DNA of 64,000 nucleotides, taken from NCBI GenBank assembly GCA_964016885.1, contig OZ024740.1:227850001-227914000 (forward strand), written 5' to 3'. The notes under the pieces were generated by a model. That model was not told where the DNA came from. It searched no databases and worked only from the letters and a program-made list of their open reading frames with translations. The translations under genes and the position numbers were made by a program. Origin of the DNA: Eledone cirrhosa. Its lineage: Eukaryota. Position 1 is the stretch's first letter. Every line of letters starts with the position of its first letter. Of the stretch, positions 13,448 to 28,000 are shown one piece after another.

Positions 13448-16244
13448 CATATATACATGTGAGTGCGTGTATGTGTGTGCATGCATGAGCAATTAACTTC
13501 CGATGGAGTTGTAGGAGCGCCGTAGTCTTGGGCACTTTAAACCTGGCAGAGCTCTTCCCTATTCATATATATATATGTGTTTGTGTGTTGATTTTACATG
13601 AAGAATTGTCATTTCAAAAGATAGATTAGAATATTAAGATTTCTTTCTGAACTTTATCAAAAATATGTAATACTAGCATAATGCTCGTCAAAAATGACGC
13701 CATGTATAGCAAAAAAGAAAAACATTTAATTCCTTTTACTTATTCCAACTATGTGAAGACGCGTGGATTCCTGAGTTTTCCCTGACCATCGTAATTTACA
13801 ATTTTCCACTTCCACCACCATTACCTTCGATGTCTCTATCAGTTACCATTTCACGCATACCAGATGCTAAATTTTGGACCTCATCGTCTTCAACATCGAC
13901 TATTATTAGCCACACACAACTTACATTAAGAGTACATGACGACACATAACAAATTCCCCAGGAGTGGGGGTACTGCGGGGGTCACTCGTGGAGAAAGCCC
14001 ACAAAAAGCCACGGTAACCTTGACCGCTAGAGCAAGTCCCCTCTCTCAGTTGTCCTTTTCCAACCGTCCCCTTCACCCCCCTTTCCCGTTCTTTTTCTTC
14101 CTCTATATTGCCCTATTCTTTATTTCCTTTTGTTTCACTTTTTTTTTTATTATTGACAGCATAGAGTTATGGCTCTTTACATTCTGAATTCAAATCCGCC
14201 GAGGTTAACTTTGCCTTTCATCCTTATGGGCTCGATAAAATAAAACACCAGTAATACAATGGAGTAATTGCTGGCCTTGTGCCAAAAGTAGAAACATTAT
14301 TATTATTATTGTTACTGGAAGGAATATATATATATGTGTGTGTGTGAGTTACACACCTAACATATATATATACTCTTATAAAAAGGAAGTGTGTACGTTG
14401 ACCGCTAAATAACACTAAATAAAATTAATAATAATGTTTAAAAAAATTACAGGAATCAGACAGCAACAAAAGTTTTGGGATGGGTCTAGCCAAGTCATTT
14501 TCAGTGATCACAGTAACCACCACTACTGACATCATCAGACCTAGGACTGATAACTGTTTCTACAATCGGCACAATACCACTGAGCTGAGAGGGGAAAGTC
14601 AGCATTTAACTTATTTTATCGACCCCGCGAAGGACGAAAAGCAACGAGATTTGAAATCAGAACGTCGTAACTAAATACTATAAAGCATGTTGCCTGATGC
14701 TCTACCAATTCTGCCAATCTACAACCCTAGACCTACTATTAATAGTTGTTTCTACTTTAGACACAAGGCCAGTAATTTGAAGGGAAGGGGACAGTCGATT
14801 AAATCGATACCAGTGCGATGCTGGTATTTTATTTTATCAACCCTGCAAGGATGAAAAGCAAAGCTAACCTCAGCTGAATCTGAACTCAGAACATAAAAAG
14901 CTGTAACTATATGTGGCAAAGTGTGTTGTCCAACGCTCTACCATTTCTATCAATCCACCGCATTAGACCTTACTGTTAATGCTTTTATCCAAACATCTCC
15001 ATTCCAACGTCTTACAAAATACTTTATTCTATAAACCTCAATCTTCTACTCCTTAAATACACACATCTATGGCATATGTGGACACTTCCGTTATCAACCA
15101 AAAATGTAAGTATTACAGTTCAAGATATTTAATTGGAGGTGATGTGGTAGAACCACTATAGAAATGGTCAAAATGCCTTGCAGTATTTGTTCCGGTTCAC
15201 TGCAGTCAACGTTGCCTGTCCTCCTTTCAGGGTTGATGGAATAAAATATCAGCCCAAGCAGTTGAATAGCAGAATTATTAAAGCGTTGGACAAAATGCCT
15301 TGCGGTATTTATCCCAGCTTTTTGTGTTCTGAGTTTTTTGGAGTTGTCTGCGTAATCCGTCGTCCGGTTTAGCACCGCCACCTAGTCCCCGGGAGTCTCT
15401 GATAGAGTTTACTCTGTTGTAAGCATTCGGGCCAGATCTCCAATTTGGGGATATCATCTTCCCTCCCTCTCGCCAATTTTGGACACCCTGGAAGGAGTGA
15501 TGGTCTACGTCCTTCCTTACAAAATTAAACTTGTCATTTTTAAAAAATGGTTGGCTCATGCCACCCTCAACCGATTTACATGGACATGTCAACAGTCTCC
15601 TTCCCAAACAGCCTCAATAAAGGAACCCCCACCAACCCATGCCTCTAAACATATCTCTCCTCTCTTATTCCACACGCCCACTTGTTTTTCACATGCATTC
15701 TCGTCTTTCCTTGTTCGTCCCTATACTCTCTTTTAATAATAGTTTCTTACCTCATTCATTCCATCCCCTCCCTCTTTCCTCTATCATATAACTGATCTAC
15801 AACAGTAATTTTAGTATAGAACGTGGTCTCAGTAAAGCCACGATGTAGGCAACCTGTCTAGGAAAATAGTATCTCTGAATTAATACTTACATGAAGATGT
15901 GAACACCGTAAACCGTAGTGAAGGCAATCCGTCTAGAAAAGCAAGTTACATTTAAGTCCTGAGCGACAATCTGTCTAGTGTTGGTGGCATGATAAAATAC
16001 ACACAGTCCACGCTATAAAGTGGTTGGAGATAGGAAAGGAATCCATTTTTAAAACTATGGCAAACACAATATATATCATTTACTTGGTATAATATATATA
16101 TAAAGTATATACATTATATAACTTTTATATTATATATAATGCATATATATATATATATATATATATATTACATAAATCACACACATACATAATTATATAT
16201 CATATATGTATATCATACATATATATTATACATCATACACAGAC

Positions 16245-16318
<74 letters not shown>

Positions 16319-19300
16319 CCCATTATATATCTATGCTTTTTAATGTTATGGACATGGTTTTGAGGTTGGTCGTGTATGTGTGAGTGTTACATACATGCAC
16401 GTGTGTCATTTGAGGAAGGAAGAAAATATCTGGAAGAGCAGTCATGGATAAAAGGTGAAAGTTCAGTACAAGTTCACCACTAGTAATTCAAACAAACTTT
16501 CATAGAAAAGTCACTATGGGGTACAACACAACTGTGATCAGAATTTACGGAAGTAAAAATTAGTTTTGTTGTTGTTGTTATTAATTAATTAATAGATAAG
16601 CTATTATTAATTTTTCTAAAATTCTCTTTCAAAGAGTTTTTTGTTTCATATTTTTTACCGACTTAAAACCTTCATACACGCACTCGCACGTGTGTATGTA
16701 TATATATTACTGGATTCTTGTTTAATATGTTTGTGTATTTAAAGTATAATAATACACGCACTGAAATACTGTTTGTAGAATCAAACAAAACTTGTAATAA
16801 TTGTTTCTACTTTTGGCACAAGGCCAGCAATTACCCAGTGTATTACTGGTACTTTATTTTATCGACCCCATAAGGATGAAAGGCAAAGTTAACAAAACTT
16901 GTAATAATAATAATTGTTTCTACTTTTGGCACAAGGCCAGCAATTATCCCAGTGTATTACTGTAATAATAATGTAATGGTTTCTGATTTAGATACAGGGC
17001 CAACAATTTTGGAGTGAGGAGAAAGTTGATTAAAACGACCTCCAATGCGTTACTGGTACTTTGTTTTATCGACCCCGCAAATACATTATATATATAAATA
17101 TATATATGTGTGTGTGTGTAATAGTTTGTTTATAAATAACGTCGGATTTTTGTTCAAAAGGTCCTTATGAATCCATCATTAGTTCCATCAATGAATAATA
17201 ATTGTTTCTACCTTAGGCACAAAGCCAGCAATTTGAAGAGGAGGGGAAAGTCGATTAAATCTACTCCAGTGCGTTACTGGTACTTTATTTTATCAAACCC
17301 GCAAATAATACATTATATATATGTATGTGTGTGTGTAATAGTTTCTTTATAAATAATTGTTAATGCCAGATTTTTGTAAAAAAAAAAAAAAAAAAAGTCC
17401 TTATGAATCCCATCATTAACTCCATCAATGAATAATAATAACAATAATAATACGAGCTTTTGCCATTATTACTTATATCAAGATTAAATTCTATTATTTA
17501 TTTTTTATTTCTTAATCGAATCTTCTTTAGCTATGTATACATGCATACATATATATATATATTATATACAAACAATTTTTAATTAATGTGGTATACCTTG
17601 TAATTTGTTTTCAATTATAAAGCTTCATTTTAATTGTCACATTTAAACGTGTCTTATTTTTTATTGTTAATCAGTTAATTAAAAAAATTGTGTATTTTGC
17701 ACGTTCTATTTTCAGTCTTTCCTTTACACCATTTTAAATGCATTCGTTTGATTATATTTATAAAGTAACAACGGCAATATAAATGATTAGAGGAAGCAAA
17801 AACAAACAATGTTATAAAGAATTTAAATAAATACGAAGAAAAATTAAACACATGATAGAGAGAGCGGCGAAAATGATTAAATTAAATATATTTTATATCT
17901 TACCTATAAATATAAAATTAGATCCCTTCTCTAAATTTAGAATGATCTATTAACCCAAATCTCACGACTGACCCGGGTCAACATGTCAATCTAATCCCAG
18001 TTGGTCACTCAAGTGGTGATAGTGGTGGTGGTAGCGGTGATAATAGTAGTACGAATGGACGGAGATAATGATGGACAGAGTAAGTTAAGTGTAGAGAGGT
18101 CGTTGACTGAATTATAAATACAGAAAGGGGGAGAGAGAGAAAATAAAAACAAATGAAAGCTAAGGTACTGAGGAAGCCCCCCCTTTTTTCTTTTTACATA
18201 TATATAAATATATATATATGTTGTGTTTTGTTTTTTCGGAACAACCACTTCCACCGATCACAACCAATAGAGCCAGGAAATACGTCTGAATATCCCAGAT
18301 CTTCACCACTTATCCCACCATCACCTCCAACATAGGCGAGACAAGAGAAAGAAGAGTGGAAACGGGAGACTTAAGCATCTGACAGACATCAGGAGGATTC
18401 TCCTTAAAGAAACAAAGGTTTAAGTTTCTGTAAATATAAGGAAAACACGTGGGTATAGCCCAGTAAAGACGGATAGAGCTATATCTCCCCCCTCTCTATA
18501 TATATGTGTATATATATAAATATATATATATATATAATTGTCTGTCAGTGTCTTTAAGCGTGTGTGTGTACTATATATATCTATATATATATTGTTATAT
18601 TTGGAGATAGTCATGTTGCCAGTATTGTCAATAAAAAGAAACAGACGCACCATATGATTTTCACTTTGACGAACGAATAAATATGCACACATTATATATA
18701 TATGTGTGTGTGTGTTTCTGTCAGTGTCTTTAAGCTTGTGTCTGTGAGTGTAACAACAACAAATGTAACAACGAATAGTTAGTTGAAATATGGGATTAGA
18801 ATTAGAAGGAAGAATGACAAAGAGAGAGAGAGAGACGTGCTGATAATGTTAGGCATCATCCATGTTTAAAGAAGAGAAGACACATGCCGGACGAGACTGG
18901 ATCGGTCGGTCATCTTGAAAATATTGGCCACAGTGGGTTTTTTTGTTGTTCTTAAATGACATTGCGTACGGGCGCCTGTCTGCCAATGTGTGTGTGGTTG
19001 TGCTTATGTTGTGTGAAGACATACAGAATAGAGTACAAAGAAAGAAAATATAGAAAGGGAAAGAGGCTCTTTAAGACTATAAAAGAAATGTTACATATAG
19101 TGAAGTATTTTGCTGAAATTTTCAGTATAACGAATTCAATTGTTTGTTTTTTTTTGTTTTTTTTTAAGAGAGAACAAACATCGAGAAGAGAAAAATAAAC
19201 AATAAAATTATTTATTTATATATTTTATAGAAAAATAATAATGGTTTCTGATTTAGGCACAAGGCCAACAATCTCAGGGGAGGGCGGAAATCGATTAAAT

Positions 19301-19411
19301 CTACCCCACTGTGGTGTTACTGACACTTTATTTGATCGACCCGAACCCGTAAAGATGAAAGGCAAAGCTAACCGCGGCGGGATTTGAAGTTCGAACATAA
19401 AGTGACGTACC

Positions 19412-19654
19412 CAGGGGCGGTGGAAACATTTCAGAATGTGGGGAGGAGCAACTTTGGTCAATTTAGTTGTAGTGATTAGTTTAGCTGTTATTATCAAATA
19501 TCAACCAAGATATAAATATAAAAAAACTTGGGTATGCAATAAACATAACATGTACATAAATTGTAGCGCATGTACAAATAAATGTGTGTTTTGGTAGTTT
19601 GAGGACAAAAATATAATTATTGGTGGAGCGGGGCATGAAGTTCCACCGCCCCTG
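19412..19654. mobile_element. MITE inserted in a Meta-type SINE
   Basis: TIR CAGGGGCGGTGGAA / TTCCACCGCCCCTG; GTACC on both flanks. Confidence 0.85.
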
Positions 19655-20183
19655 GTACCAACTCCATGCTGCAAAGCATGTTGTCCGACGTTCTACCGAT
19701 TCTGCCAATCGGTAGAAAAATAATTATAATAAAGAAATCATTTTACTGTAGTAAAAATAAAAATAGAAAATGTGTGTTTGAATAAATAAAGATGTTCCGA
19801 GATATTCTGAATTAATCTAAGAAACTATCGATATGTTTTAATAAGATAGATTCTGAATAAAAGTTTATTGCTAAGAAAATCAAGGCTCTACTAAAAAGTA
19901 ATGCCAACTTTCACAAATGACTGCTGTTTAAAATGTATGTGTATTTCTATTTGCCGAAGTGCTAGGTTTTCAGTAATGTACGCCTCGACATACGTGTGCA
20001 TGTCTATATGATCAATTAATATAGTCATGATATTGATTTAAGAACTAGCTCTCTCCTATTATATATATAGTGACATGTACAGGTACTTAAGTTTCATTGG
20101 GTTATTCACCCCAACTCATTTAAATAAAATGACAGGTCTATATATATATTAATAAATGGAAACTAGATTTATAAAACCATAAT

Positions 20184-20248
20184 TATTTTATTATATATAT
20201 TTCAAGGGCAACCAAGGCCATCTTGGTGCACTTTCATCAGATAAAATA
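20184..20248 (-). ncRNA. Type I minimal hammerhead ribozyme
   Basis: TATTTTAT CTGATGA AAG..stem II..CTT GAA ATATATAT A ATAAAATA; canonical core, 8-bp stem I, palindromic stem III. Confidence 0.85.
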
Positions 20249-20375
20249 CAAAATTTGTTTTATAAATAGTGACATAACCGTGGAAAACAACCTTGACGGT
20301 TGAAAATTCGCTGGATATTTTCAACCGTCAAGGTTGTTTTCCACGGTTATGTCACTATTTATAAAACATATTTTG

Positions 20376-20440
20376 TATTTTATCTGATGAAAGCGCACCA
20401 AGATTGCCTTGGTTGCCCTTGAAATATATATAATAAAATA
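20376..20440 (+). ncRNA. Type I minimal hammerhead ribozyme
   Basis: TATTTTAT CTGATGA AAGCGCACCAAG ATTGC CTTGGTTGCCCTT GAA ATATATAT A ATAAAATA; predicted cleavage after 20432. Confidence 0.85.
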
Positions 20441-20854
20441 ATTATGGTTTTATAAATCTAGTTTCCATTTATTAATATATTGAATATATACTCCAGTAAT
20501 CTGTTGAGTGCTCTATATCAGTTATTAACTTTTAAGTTTGTTGGAATCCCAACAAATTAAATATAACTTCTGCATATATATATATATATATATACACTCA
20601 GGTAAATACATATATAAAAATATGAGTATATATACATACACACACACATACATGTATCTGCATATATAAGTGCGTGTGTGTCTGTGTAAATGTCTATGCT
20701 GGTGTCCATTATATATCAATAAAGTATAATTATCAGAAATAATAAAACATTGTTTATAACTTGAATCTAGAGCTTATGTTTTATGAGAATTATCAATGTC
20801 CTGGTGCTCCTTGTAGATCTCTAAATAGTTTCAATAATGTGCCAAATAGCTGTG

Positions 20855-21390
20855 TGGAGGAGCGTGACCTAGAGGCAAGGGTGCTGGACTTTCGATCATA
20901 ACATCGTGTGTTCGATTCCTGGATTGGGTTGTATGTTGTGTTCTTGATAAAAACACTTTATTTTACATATTCCAGTATATTCAGCTGAAAATGAATACCA
21001 GTAATAAACTTGGGATTTAAACTGCAATGGACTGGACTTGCTTAATGACACAGAAACCGGAATAAGCACCAGCATGATGAACCTCTGGGCTCAAGGCAGA
21101 CTTTAGACTGTATAACTGTGAGTGTTTGAACCCTAACCTATTGTAATATCTGTGGTGGTGTGTGGCCTAGTTTTGAGGGTGTTGGACTTGTGATCATAAG
21201 GTTGTGGGTTCAATTCCTAAACAGGGTTGTAGTTTGTTCTTCAGCAAAACACTCAGTTGAAAATGAGTACCAGCAATAGCTGGGGGTTTAACCCTCAATG
21301 GACTGGTGTGCTGTCCAAGGGTGGAAGTCTTGTACTCTCAGTCGCTTCATGCCTGATGAGCCTCCGAGCTCGAGAAAGACTTTAGACCAA
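20855..21390 (+). mobile_element. Two tandem copies of a second, older CORE-type SINE family (others at about 24683-24955 and 26650-26885)
   Basis: tRNA-like head, ttcttgagcaaaacactt...cagctgaaaatgagtaccagc, tail cagactttagact. Confidence 0.7.
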
Positions 21391-22124
21391 ATAGCTGTGA
21401 GTCTTTGAACCCTAGGCTATTATAGTAGTTGGTCCTTACTCTAGTAGATGGAGAAAGAGAAATTGTACACTATTCAGTGGCAACCAGTTCAGGGAATTAT
21501 GTAGCTTTAAATGCCAAAATTTTATACCAACCCTTCCAGAATCTTATATCATCATCATGCTCATTTTACAATTATTTTCCATGCTTGTATATATTAGATG
21601 GGTTGTCATGTTCCAAGGCCTAACGGGTCAGGTGACCATGTCTTGCTCATTTCATTTTGGATGATCCCTTCTGATGCCAACTACTTTACAATGTACAGAG
21701 TGCATTTCATCATGACATCAACATTACCACCTTACAAGGTGGAATGAGTGTTTTTCATCATGGCACCAGCACCACTACTTTACATTTTATTAATGTGTAC
21801 ATACACATTAATGTATAATATATATGTACATACATATTTCTGTGTGATGATAGGAAGGGCATATAGCTGTAGAAAGCTTGCCAAACAAAGAGTTGAGAGG
21901 ATCCATCAGTTGTGTCAAAGACATAACAACCTCTCTTGTGATGGTGCACTAAGTAGATCATGTGACCATCTTTAAGTGAAATACAGACCCCCAGCCTGTC
22001 TGAGAGGTCAGTAACTCCGCTTTAGTACTGACTTTAGTCTATGAGGACCCTTCCAACCTTTGCTAGCAAGGAGAGCAGATGATGATGATGTATCGATATA
22101 TATATATATATAGATATATATATA

Positions 22125-22912
22125 TATAACAACTAGAAATTGATTAACATATAAATAAACATATGAAATAATCACGAGGGATAATTTGTACAAGTGTGTA
22201 AGCACACATAGCTAGGTAGGTAACTAAATAAAGTTAACTAGAACTTCAAAAATAGATACCTTATAATCTGATTAATCTTCCTTGTATTTATTCCATTAAA
22301 GAAATATATTTCACCAATTAATCGATTGGTAAACGACAGTGGCCAGTACTTGGATTCTCAACAAGGAAGAAGTCCAACCGTCTGTGTTTACGCATTAAGT
22401 TCAAATCAGCGACTGGCCAGTAACACGTGCTGTATCTACTAAATATACACACATCATACCAGCTTCGTCCCAGTGGCGTGAATAGGGTTATCGACAACTA
22501 GAAATAGCAGTCATGTCCTTTCAACAGAGTTAGCTCTACAATTAAGGAACCGTATTTATATATATATATATCCAAAATTAAGATAAATCAAAATGAATTT
22601 AATCTAAATCAAAATTATGGGTGTCATGCCAGAGAGACATGCCCCATATCACCCATAAAATAAGGTCTAAGATTCTAATGAATAGGTCTGAGCATTTTAT
22701 AACAACTAGAAATTGATTAACATATAAATAAACATATGAAACAATCACGGGGGATAATTTGTACAAGTGTGTAAGCACACATAGCTAGGTAGGTAACTAA
22801 ATAAAATTAACTAGAATTTCAAAAATAGATACCTTATAAGATGATTAATCTTCCTCACAGGTGATATGGCGCATGTCTCTCTGGCATGACACCCATAACT
22901 TAATTTTGGATA
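22125..22912. repeat. Combined direct (about 22125-22280 and 22697-22853) and inverted (about 22565-22655 and 22858-22912) duplication among TA tracts
   Basis: aacaactagaaattgattaac... occurs twice; gggtgtcatgccagagagacatg versus catgtctctctggcatgacaccc. Confidence 0.75.
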
Positions 22913-23055
22913 TATATATATATATATATATATATTGTGTGTGTGTGTGTGTATATAATATGTATTTATGCATGTATATATATATATATGTATTTATGCA
23001 TATGTGCATATACACGTGTATATATGTATGTATGTCTATGTGTGTATTTCTATGT

Positions 23056-23056
23056 G

Positions 23057-23140
<84 letters not shown>

Positions 23141-23175
23141 TAAATATATATATATATAGAGAGAGAGAGATAGAG
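23056..23175. repeat. (TA)n/(GA)n compound microsatellite
   Basis: Directly visible. Confidence 0.95.
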
Positions 23176-24270
23176 ATATGTCCTTCATACTCACCCATCC
23201 CCAGCACAACACATTGTTTACTATCTTCTGCTGCCTTACCTTAAACCTAATTACACCCTCTTCTTATTGCACACACTCATGCACTTGTGTATACTTATGT
23301 CTACAGGTGCCTACATGCAAGCATATTTGTATATGCTAATCTATGTGAATTCCATACATGTACATGGATACCAGCATCTGCTCCTGCATTTCATGCACAG
23401 GTCATGTCTATATATTCTACTCTCCTAATTTACATTTATGCGCATAAGCATTGAAATGTGCATGAACAGAGTTTTGTGTTAATGTATCAGTAGCATATTT
23501 CTGTGTATGCATGGGTCTGCACATGTAATGCACATATATGTATGAATGCATATATGTGTATGCATGTGTTCACTTCCTTAATCCCTTCATTACCATATTT
23601 CTAGTGAAAAACACTGTCTCTGCCTTTCATTGAACTTTGTGAATACAGAATTTGGAGGGATTTACTAAAATAACTAAATTTCTCATTGTTAGGCTGGTAT
23701 TTTTCTGTTCAACCCTTTAACATTTAAACCAGCTGTATCCGGCCAGGATTTTCTCACTTCTTTCTGTTCAAACCGGCCGCTCATACTGATGTTACGGTAT
23801 TATTCTCAAAATAAATGATATCAAAATCTCATAGATTCGATATTATGTGAGATAAAACCTTTACCATAAAATATAATAGTAAATATAGAGTAATGTAAAT
23901 GGCAAAGGGTTAAACTTGCAAAATGAGGGAATGATTAAAAGGGTGAACAATTGTTTTTTATAATTGACAGACTCAGTATCACTGCTCCCACTGATGTGGG
24001 TCCAGAGAGAGTGAGGGAACCCACATGTAGGTGGCCTTGTGATCCCAGTGAACAGAATGCAGAAAAAAGTACTTCTGGAGGATGTCAAAGGAGATGAATT
24101 AGAATTATATATTCCAGCTTGTGGAACTCGCCCCTGCAGGTAGCCAACTCTGTCCTGATAGTAGTGAGTAGGGATGTGGTCCAAGGAGCCAAGAATGCTG
24201 GAAGTCTGCACTGCTATAGGTACAACCACAAACCTATTGGAGAGCAACCAATATTTCAATAGTTTACCCT

Positions 24271-24609
24271 GGAGACACATGGCTTAGTGGTTAGAGCATT
24301 GGCCTTGCAATCGAAAGGTTGTGAGTTCAATTCTCAGACCGGGTGATGTGTTGTTTCCTTGAGCAAGACACTTTATTTCACATTGCTCCAGTTTACTCAG
24401 CTGTAGAAATGAGATGATAGGGACTGGGGTCCCTATCATTCCACTGTAAAGTGGACGTGTAGGCGCCACGTAAAAAAAGCAGCCAGCACTCACTGTAAAT
24501 GAGGTTGGTGTTAGGAAGGGCATCCAGCTGTAGAAATCAAGCCAGAATCAGTTCCCGTCCCACCCTTGCAAGCAGGGAAAAGTGGACGTAAAATGAAATG
24601 ATGATGATG
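24271..24609 (+). mobile_element. CORE-type SINE (same family)
   Basis: Near-identical to the reverse complement of 5903-6237. Confidence 0.85.
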
Positions 24610-25617
24610 AAATGACCCTCTTCAACCTGATGAGCAGCAAAACCTGGAGCATAACTTAAAGGTGGTTACATTAAATTATGTGAAGGTGCATGGCCTGGTG
24701 GTAAGTGTGTTGGATTTAGGATCATAATGTTGCGGGTTTCAATTCCCGGACAAGCTTGTGTGTTGTGTTCTTGAGCAGAACACTTCATTTCACGTTGCTT
24801 TAGTATACTCAGCTGAAAATGAATACCAGCAACAATAGCAGGGGTTTTAATCTTACGATGGACTAGCGTCATGTACAGGGGGAGTCTTGTACTCAGGAAA
24901 CTGGGATAATCACCAGCTTGATGAGCTTTTGGGCTCAAGACAGACTTTAGACTTTAGATATAAAATTATGGAAGGTTTTTCAAATAAAACAAATAGTTTT
25001 GTACCATATCAAGCAGTTTGGTATCAGAAGGGTTAAGAGAACAAGTAGAGTTGAATTAACTATTAAGTAAAATAAGGACATGATTAGGGCATCAAGGAAA
25101 GAGGGAAACCATTTTATTCAAATTAACTTTATTTTTTTTAAAAACAAAACAAAAAAAATCATGAGTCGGCTGGTTTCACTTCAGCATCCGACTGGATCAA
25201 TTGAACAGTTGTTTCCGACAAGACCTGCTGGAAGGAGTGTTTGAAGACTCTGCTTCTCTCAAGAATAAGTGTGTGAAGAAGAGAGAACTATATTTTTCAT
25301 TATAAAAAATGTTTTTCCTTGCAAACTTTATACACGTAAGAAGGGAAAAGGAGGAAAGCACCATAATGTTTTAAGAGCTTATGACCTAAAAAGTACTTAA
25401 TTTGGCCCAGAGAACAAGAGGCAGATATTGCCCTGATGAGATTTGATCCAACGATGCAGAGATCTAAAACCACTGCAAAAGTGTATACTACACACAAACA
25501 TAACTGTATATATGTAATGTTTATGTATGTGTGTATATATATATGTATATATATGCACATGTGTCTGTGAATTTATGTAATGCATACGTATGTACATATA
25601 TATACACATATACGAGT

Positions 25618-25962
25618 ATCATCATCATCATCATTTCATTTTACGTCCGCTTTTTCCCTGCTTGCAAGGGTGGGACATGAACTGATTCTGGCTTGATTTC
25701 TACAGCTGGATGCCCTTCCTAACACCAACCTCATTTACAGTGAGTGCTGGGTGCTTTATTGCCATGGCACCTCCACGAGCACTTTGCAGTGGAATGATAT
25801 GGACCCCAGTCCCTATCATCTCATTTCTACAGCTGAGTAAACTGGAGCAATGTGAAATAAAGTGTCTTGCTCAAGGAAACAACACATCACTCGGTCTGAG
25901 AATTGAACTCACAATCTTTCGATTGCAAGGCCAATGCTCTAACCACTAAGCCATGTGCCTCC
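25618..25962 (-). mobile_element. CORE-type SINE (same family)
   Basis: Near-identical to 5903-6237. Confidence 0.85.
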
Positions 25963-25965
25963 ATC

Positions 25966-26154
<189 letters not shown>

Positions 26155-26404
26155 GACCCTAACATCTAATCAATTAATAAAGAACCCTAACATCTTCAAC
26201 TTCGCATTTTTCCCCTTTATTAATATACTCCGCCATCCTTGTTTTAGGAAGTAATATGACATTGAGTGCTAGAAGTGAATTGCATCCTTGTATACTGAAT
26301 ATATATGTGTGAATATATATACATATAACGAAGGAAATGTGGTAAGGAACCAGGTGGACCATAACGCACCAAAGTACTCAATACTTAGGGTAGTAGAGTG
26401 GGTA

Positions 26405-26531
26405 ATAGGAACGAATAGGACTCCGACGGCTGAGCTCAAGCCGTTTCGACGGCTAATTCTGGACTAAAATATTTTAGTCCAGAATTAGCCGTCGAAACGG
26501 TTTGAGCTCAGCCGTCGGAGTCCTATTCGTT

Positions 26532-26536
<5 letters not shown>
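26405..26536. repeat. 132-bp near-perfect palindrome next to (TA)n
   Basis: ataggaacgaataggactccgacgg...aaaat|atttt...ccgtcggagtcctattcgttcctat, one mismatch. Confidence 0.9.
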
Positions 26537-26565
<29 letters not shown>

Positions 26566-26604
26566 CCAGCCGTACTAAGAGTGAGAAATGAAATTTCGTT
26601 TCAT

Positions 26605-26649
<45 letters not shown>

Positions 26650-27017
26650 TGTGGCCTACGACCATAATGTGAGTTTGGTTCTTGGCCTGGGTTGCGTTCT
26701 TGAGCAAAACACTTCATTTCGCGTTTCTCAGTATATTCAGCTGAAAAAAATGAGTACCAGCAATAACTGTGGGGTTTAACCTTACTATGGACTGGAGTCT
26801 TGTACTCTCAGTCACTTCACACCACAGAAACCTGGATAGGCACTGGACAGATGAGCCTAAGAGCACGAAACAGACTTTAGACTTTATTCATATCTCCAAT
26901 ATCTCAGTGTGGGTGTATTTATATATATGGGGAAGGGGTATGTGTGCGTGCGTGTATGTATGTATATATATATATATATATATATATAGTTATGTAATAA
27001 ACAACATAAGATAATTA

Positions 27018-27078
27018 TTTCATTTACCAGTGGTTTCTTGAAAGCTAACAAAATTTGCTTTCAGTTATCAGAATGAAA
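27018..27078 (-). ncRNA. Hammerhead motif, G8A-mutated copy
   Basis: TTTCATT CTGATAA C TGAAAGC..GCTTTCA A GAA ACCACTGGT A AATGAAA; inverted partner of 28660-28719. Confidence 0.65.
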
Positions 27079-27228
27079 AAACCCTGGTGTATTTATTGAC
27101 AGTGGATATTAAAAACAAAAATATAATCTATATGAAAGTGAGGCTGAAAAAGGAAGAAGGAAAGGAAAAAGAATAAATATAAAAGTAGATAAACACACAT
27201 GCACACACGCACATGCACATATATACAT

Positions 27229-27263
<35 letters not shown>

Positions 27264-27642
27264 CACACATAAATACACATACATATATATATATATATCC
27301 ATACATACACATAAATACACAAACACACACATATATATATATACACACACATAATCATACATATATACACAGGTACATACACACACATGCATACACATAT
27401 ATACACGCATACATACGCACACATATATAGATATATGTACACACACCTACATACGCACACACACAATTAATTATAAGAAAAAATAAAAAAACAATGAACA
27501 ACCATATAATGCAATAGCCTATTGCATTATATGGTTGTTCATTGTTTTTGATTTTTTCTTATAATTAATTGTGTGTGTGCGTATGTAGGTGTGTACATAT
27601 ATCTACAAATATTAATAAAATAGATGTTCTTTTGATCAATTA

Positions 27643-27697
27643 TATTTTATTATACATATTTCGGATGTACAACAGTACGTCCTCATCAGACAAACTA
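27643..27697 (-). ncRNA. Type I minimal hammerhead ribozyme
   Basis: TAGTTTGT CTGATGA GGACGTAC TGTT GTACATCC GAA ATATGTAT A ATAAAATA; canonical core. Confidence 0.8.
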
Positions 27698-28000
27698 TAA
27701 TGATACATGACATACCCTGAGATGTTAAATGGTTAAGATTTAATCAAGGCAGATTATCTTAACCATTGATTAAATCTTAACCATTTAATATCTCAGGGTA
27801 TGTCATGTATCATTATATGGATTGGCAGTATCGGTGGAGGGTCGGACGCCATGCTTTCCAGCATAGTTACGTCCCTTTACGATCTGAGTTCAAATCCCGC
27901 TGAGGTTGACTTTGCCTTTCATCCTTACGGGGTCGATAAAATAAAGTACCAGTAATGCACTGATAATTGCTGGCCTTGTGCCTAAAAGTATAAACAATTA

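Larger units (their letters stand above)
20143..20480. mobile_element. Near-perfect fold-back element, arms about 165 bp, one hammerhead per strand
   Basis: Arms are reverse complements around a loop at about 20307-20317; TA-rich flanks. Confidence 0.85.

Noticed and set aside
13945-14045. GC-rich island with faint U1 snRNA resemblance
   Set aside because: No ACTTACCTG 5' end or Sm site in order; the match is too short.
21350-21390. CTGATGAG...GAAA in a SINE tail
   Set aside because: Stems I and III do not pair and GAAA is not conserved in sibling copies.
22295-22345. Hammerhead-like hairpin before GAAATATAT on the minus strand
   Set aside because: Core reads CTGTCGT and stem I does not pair; at most a relic.
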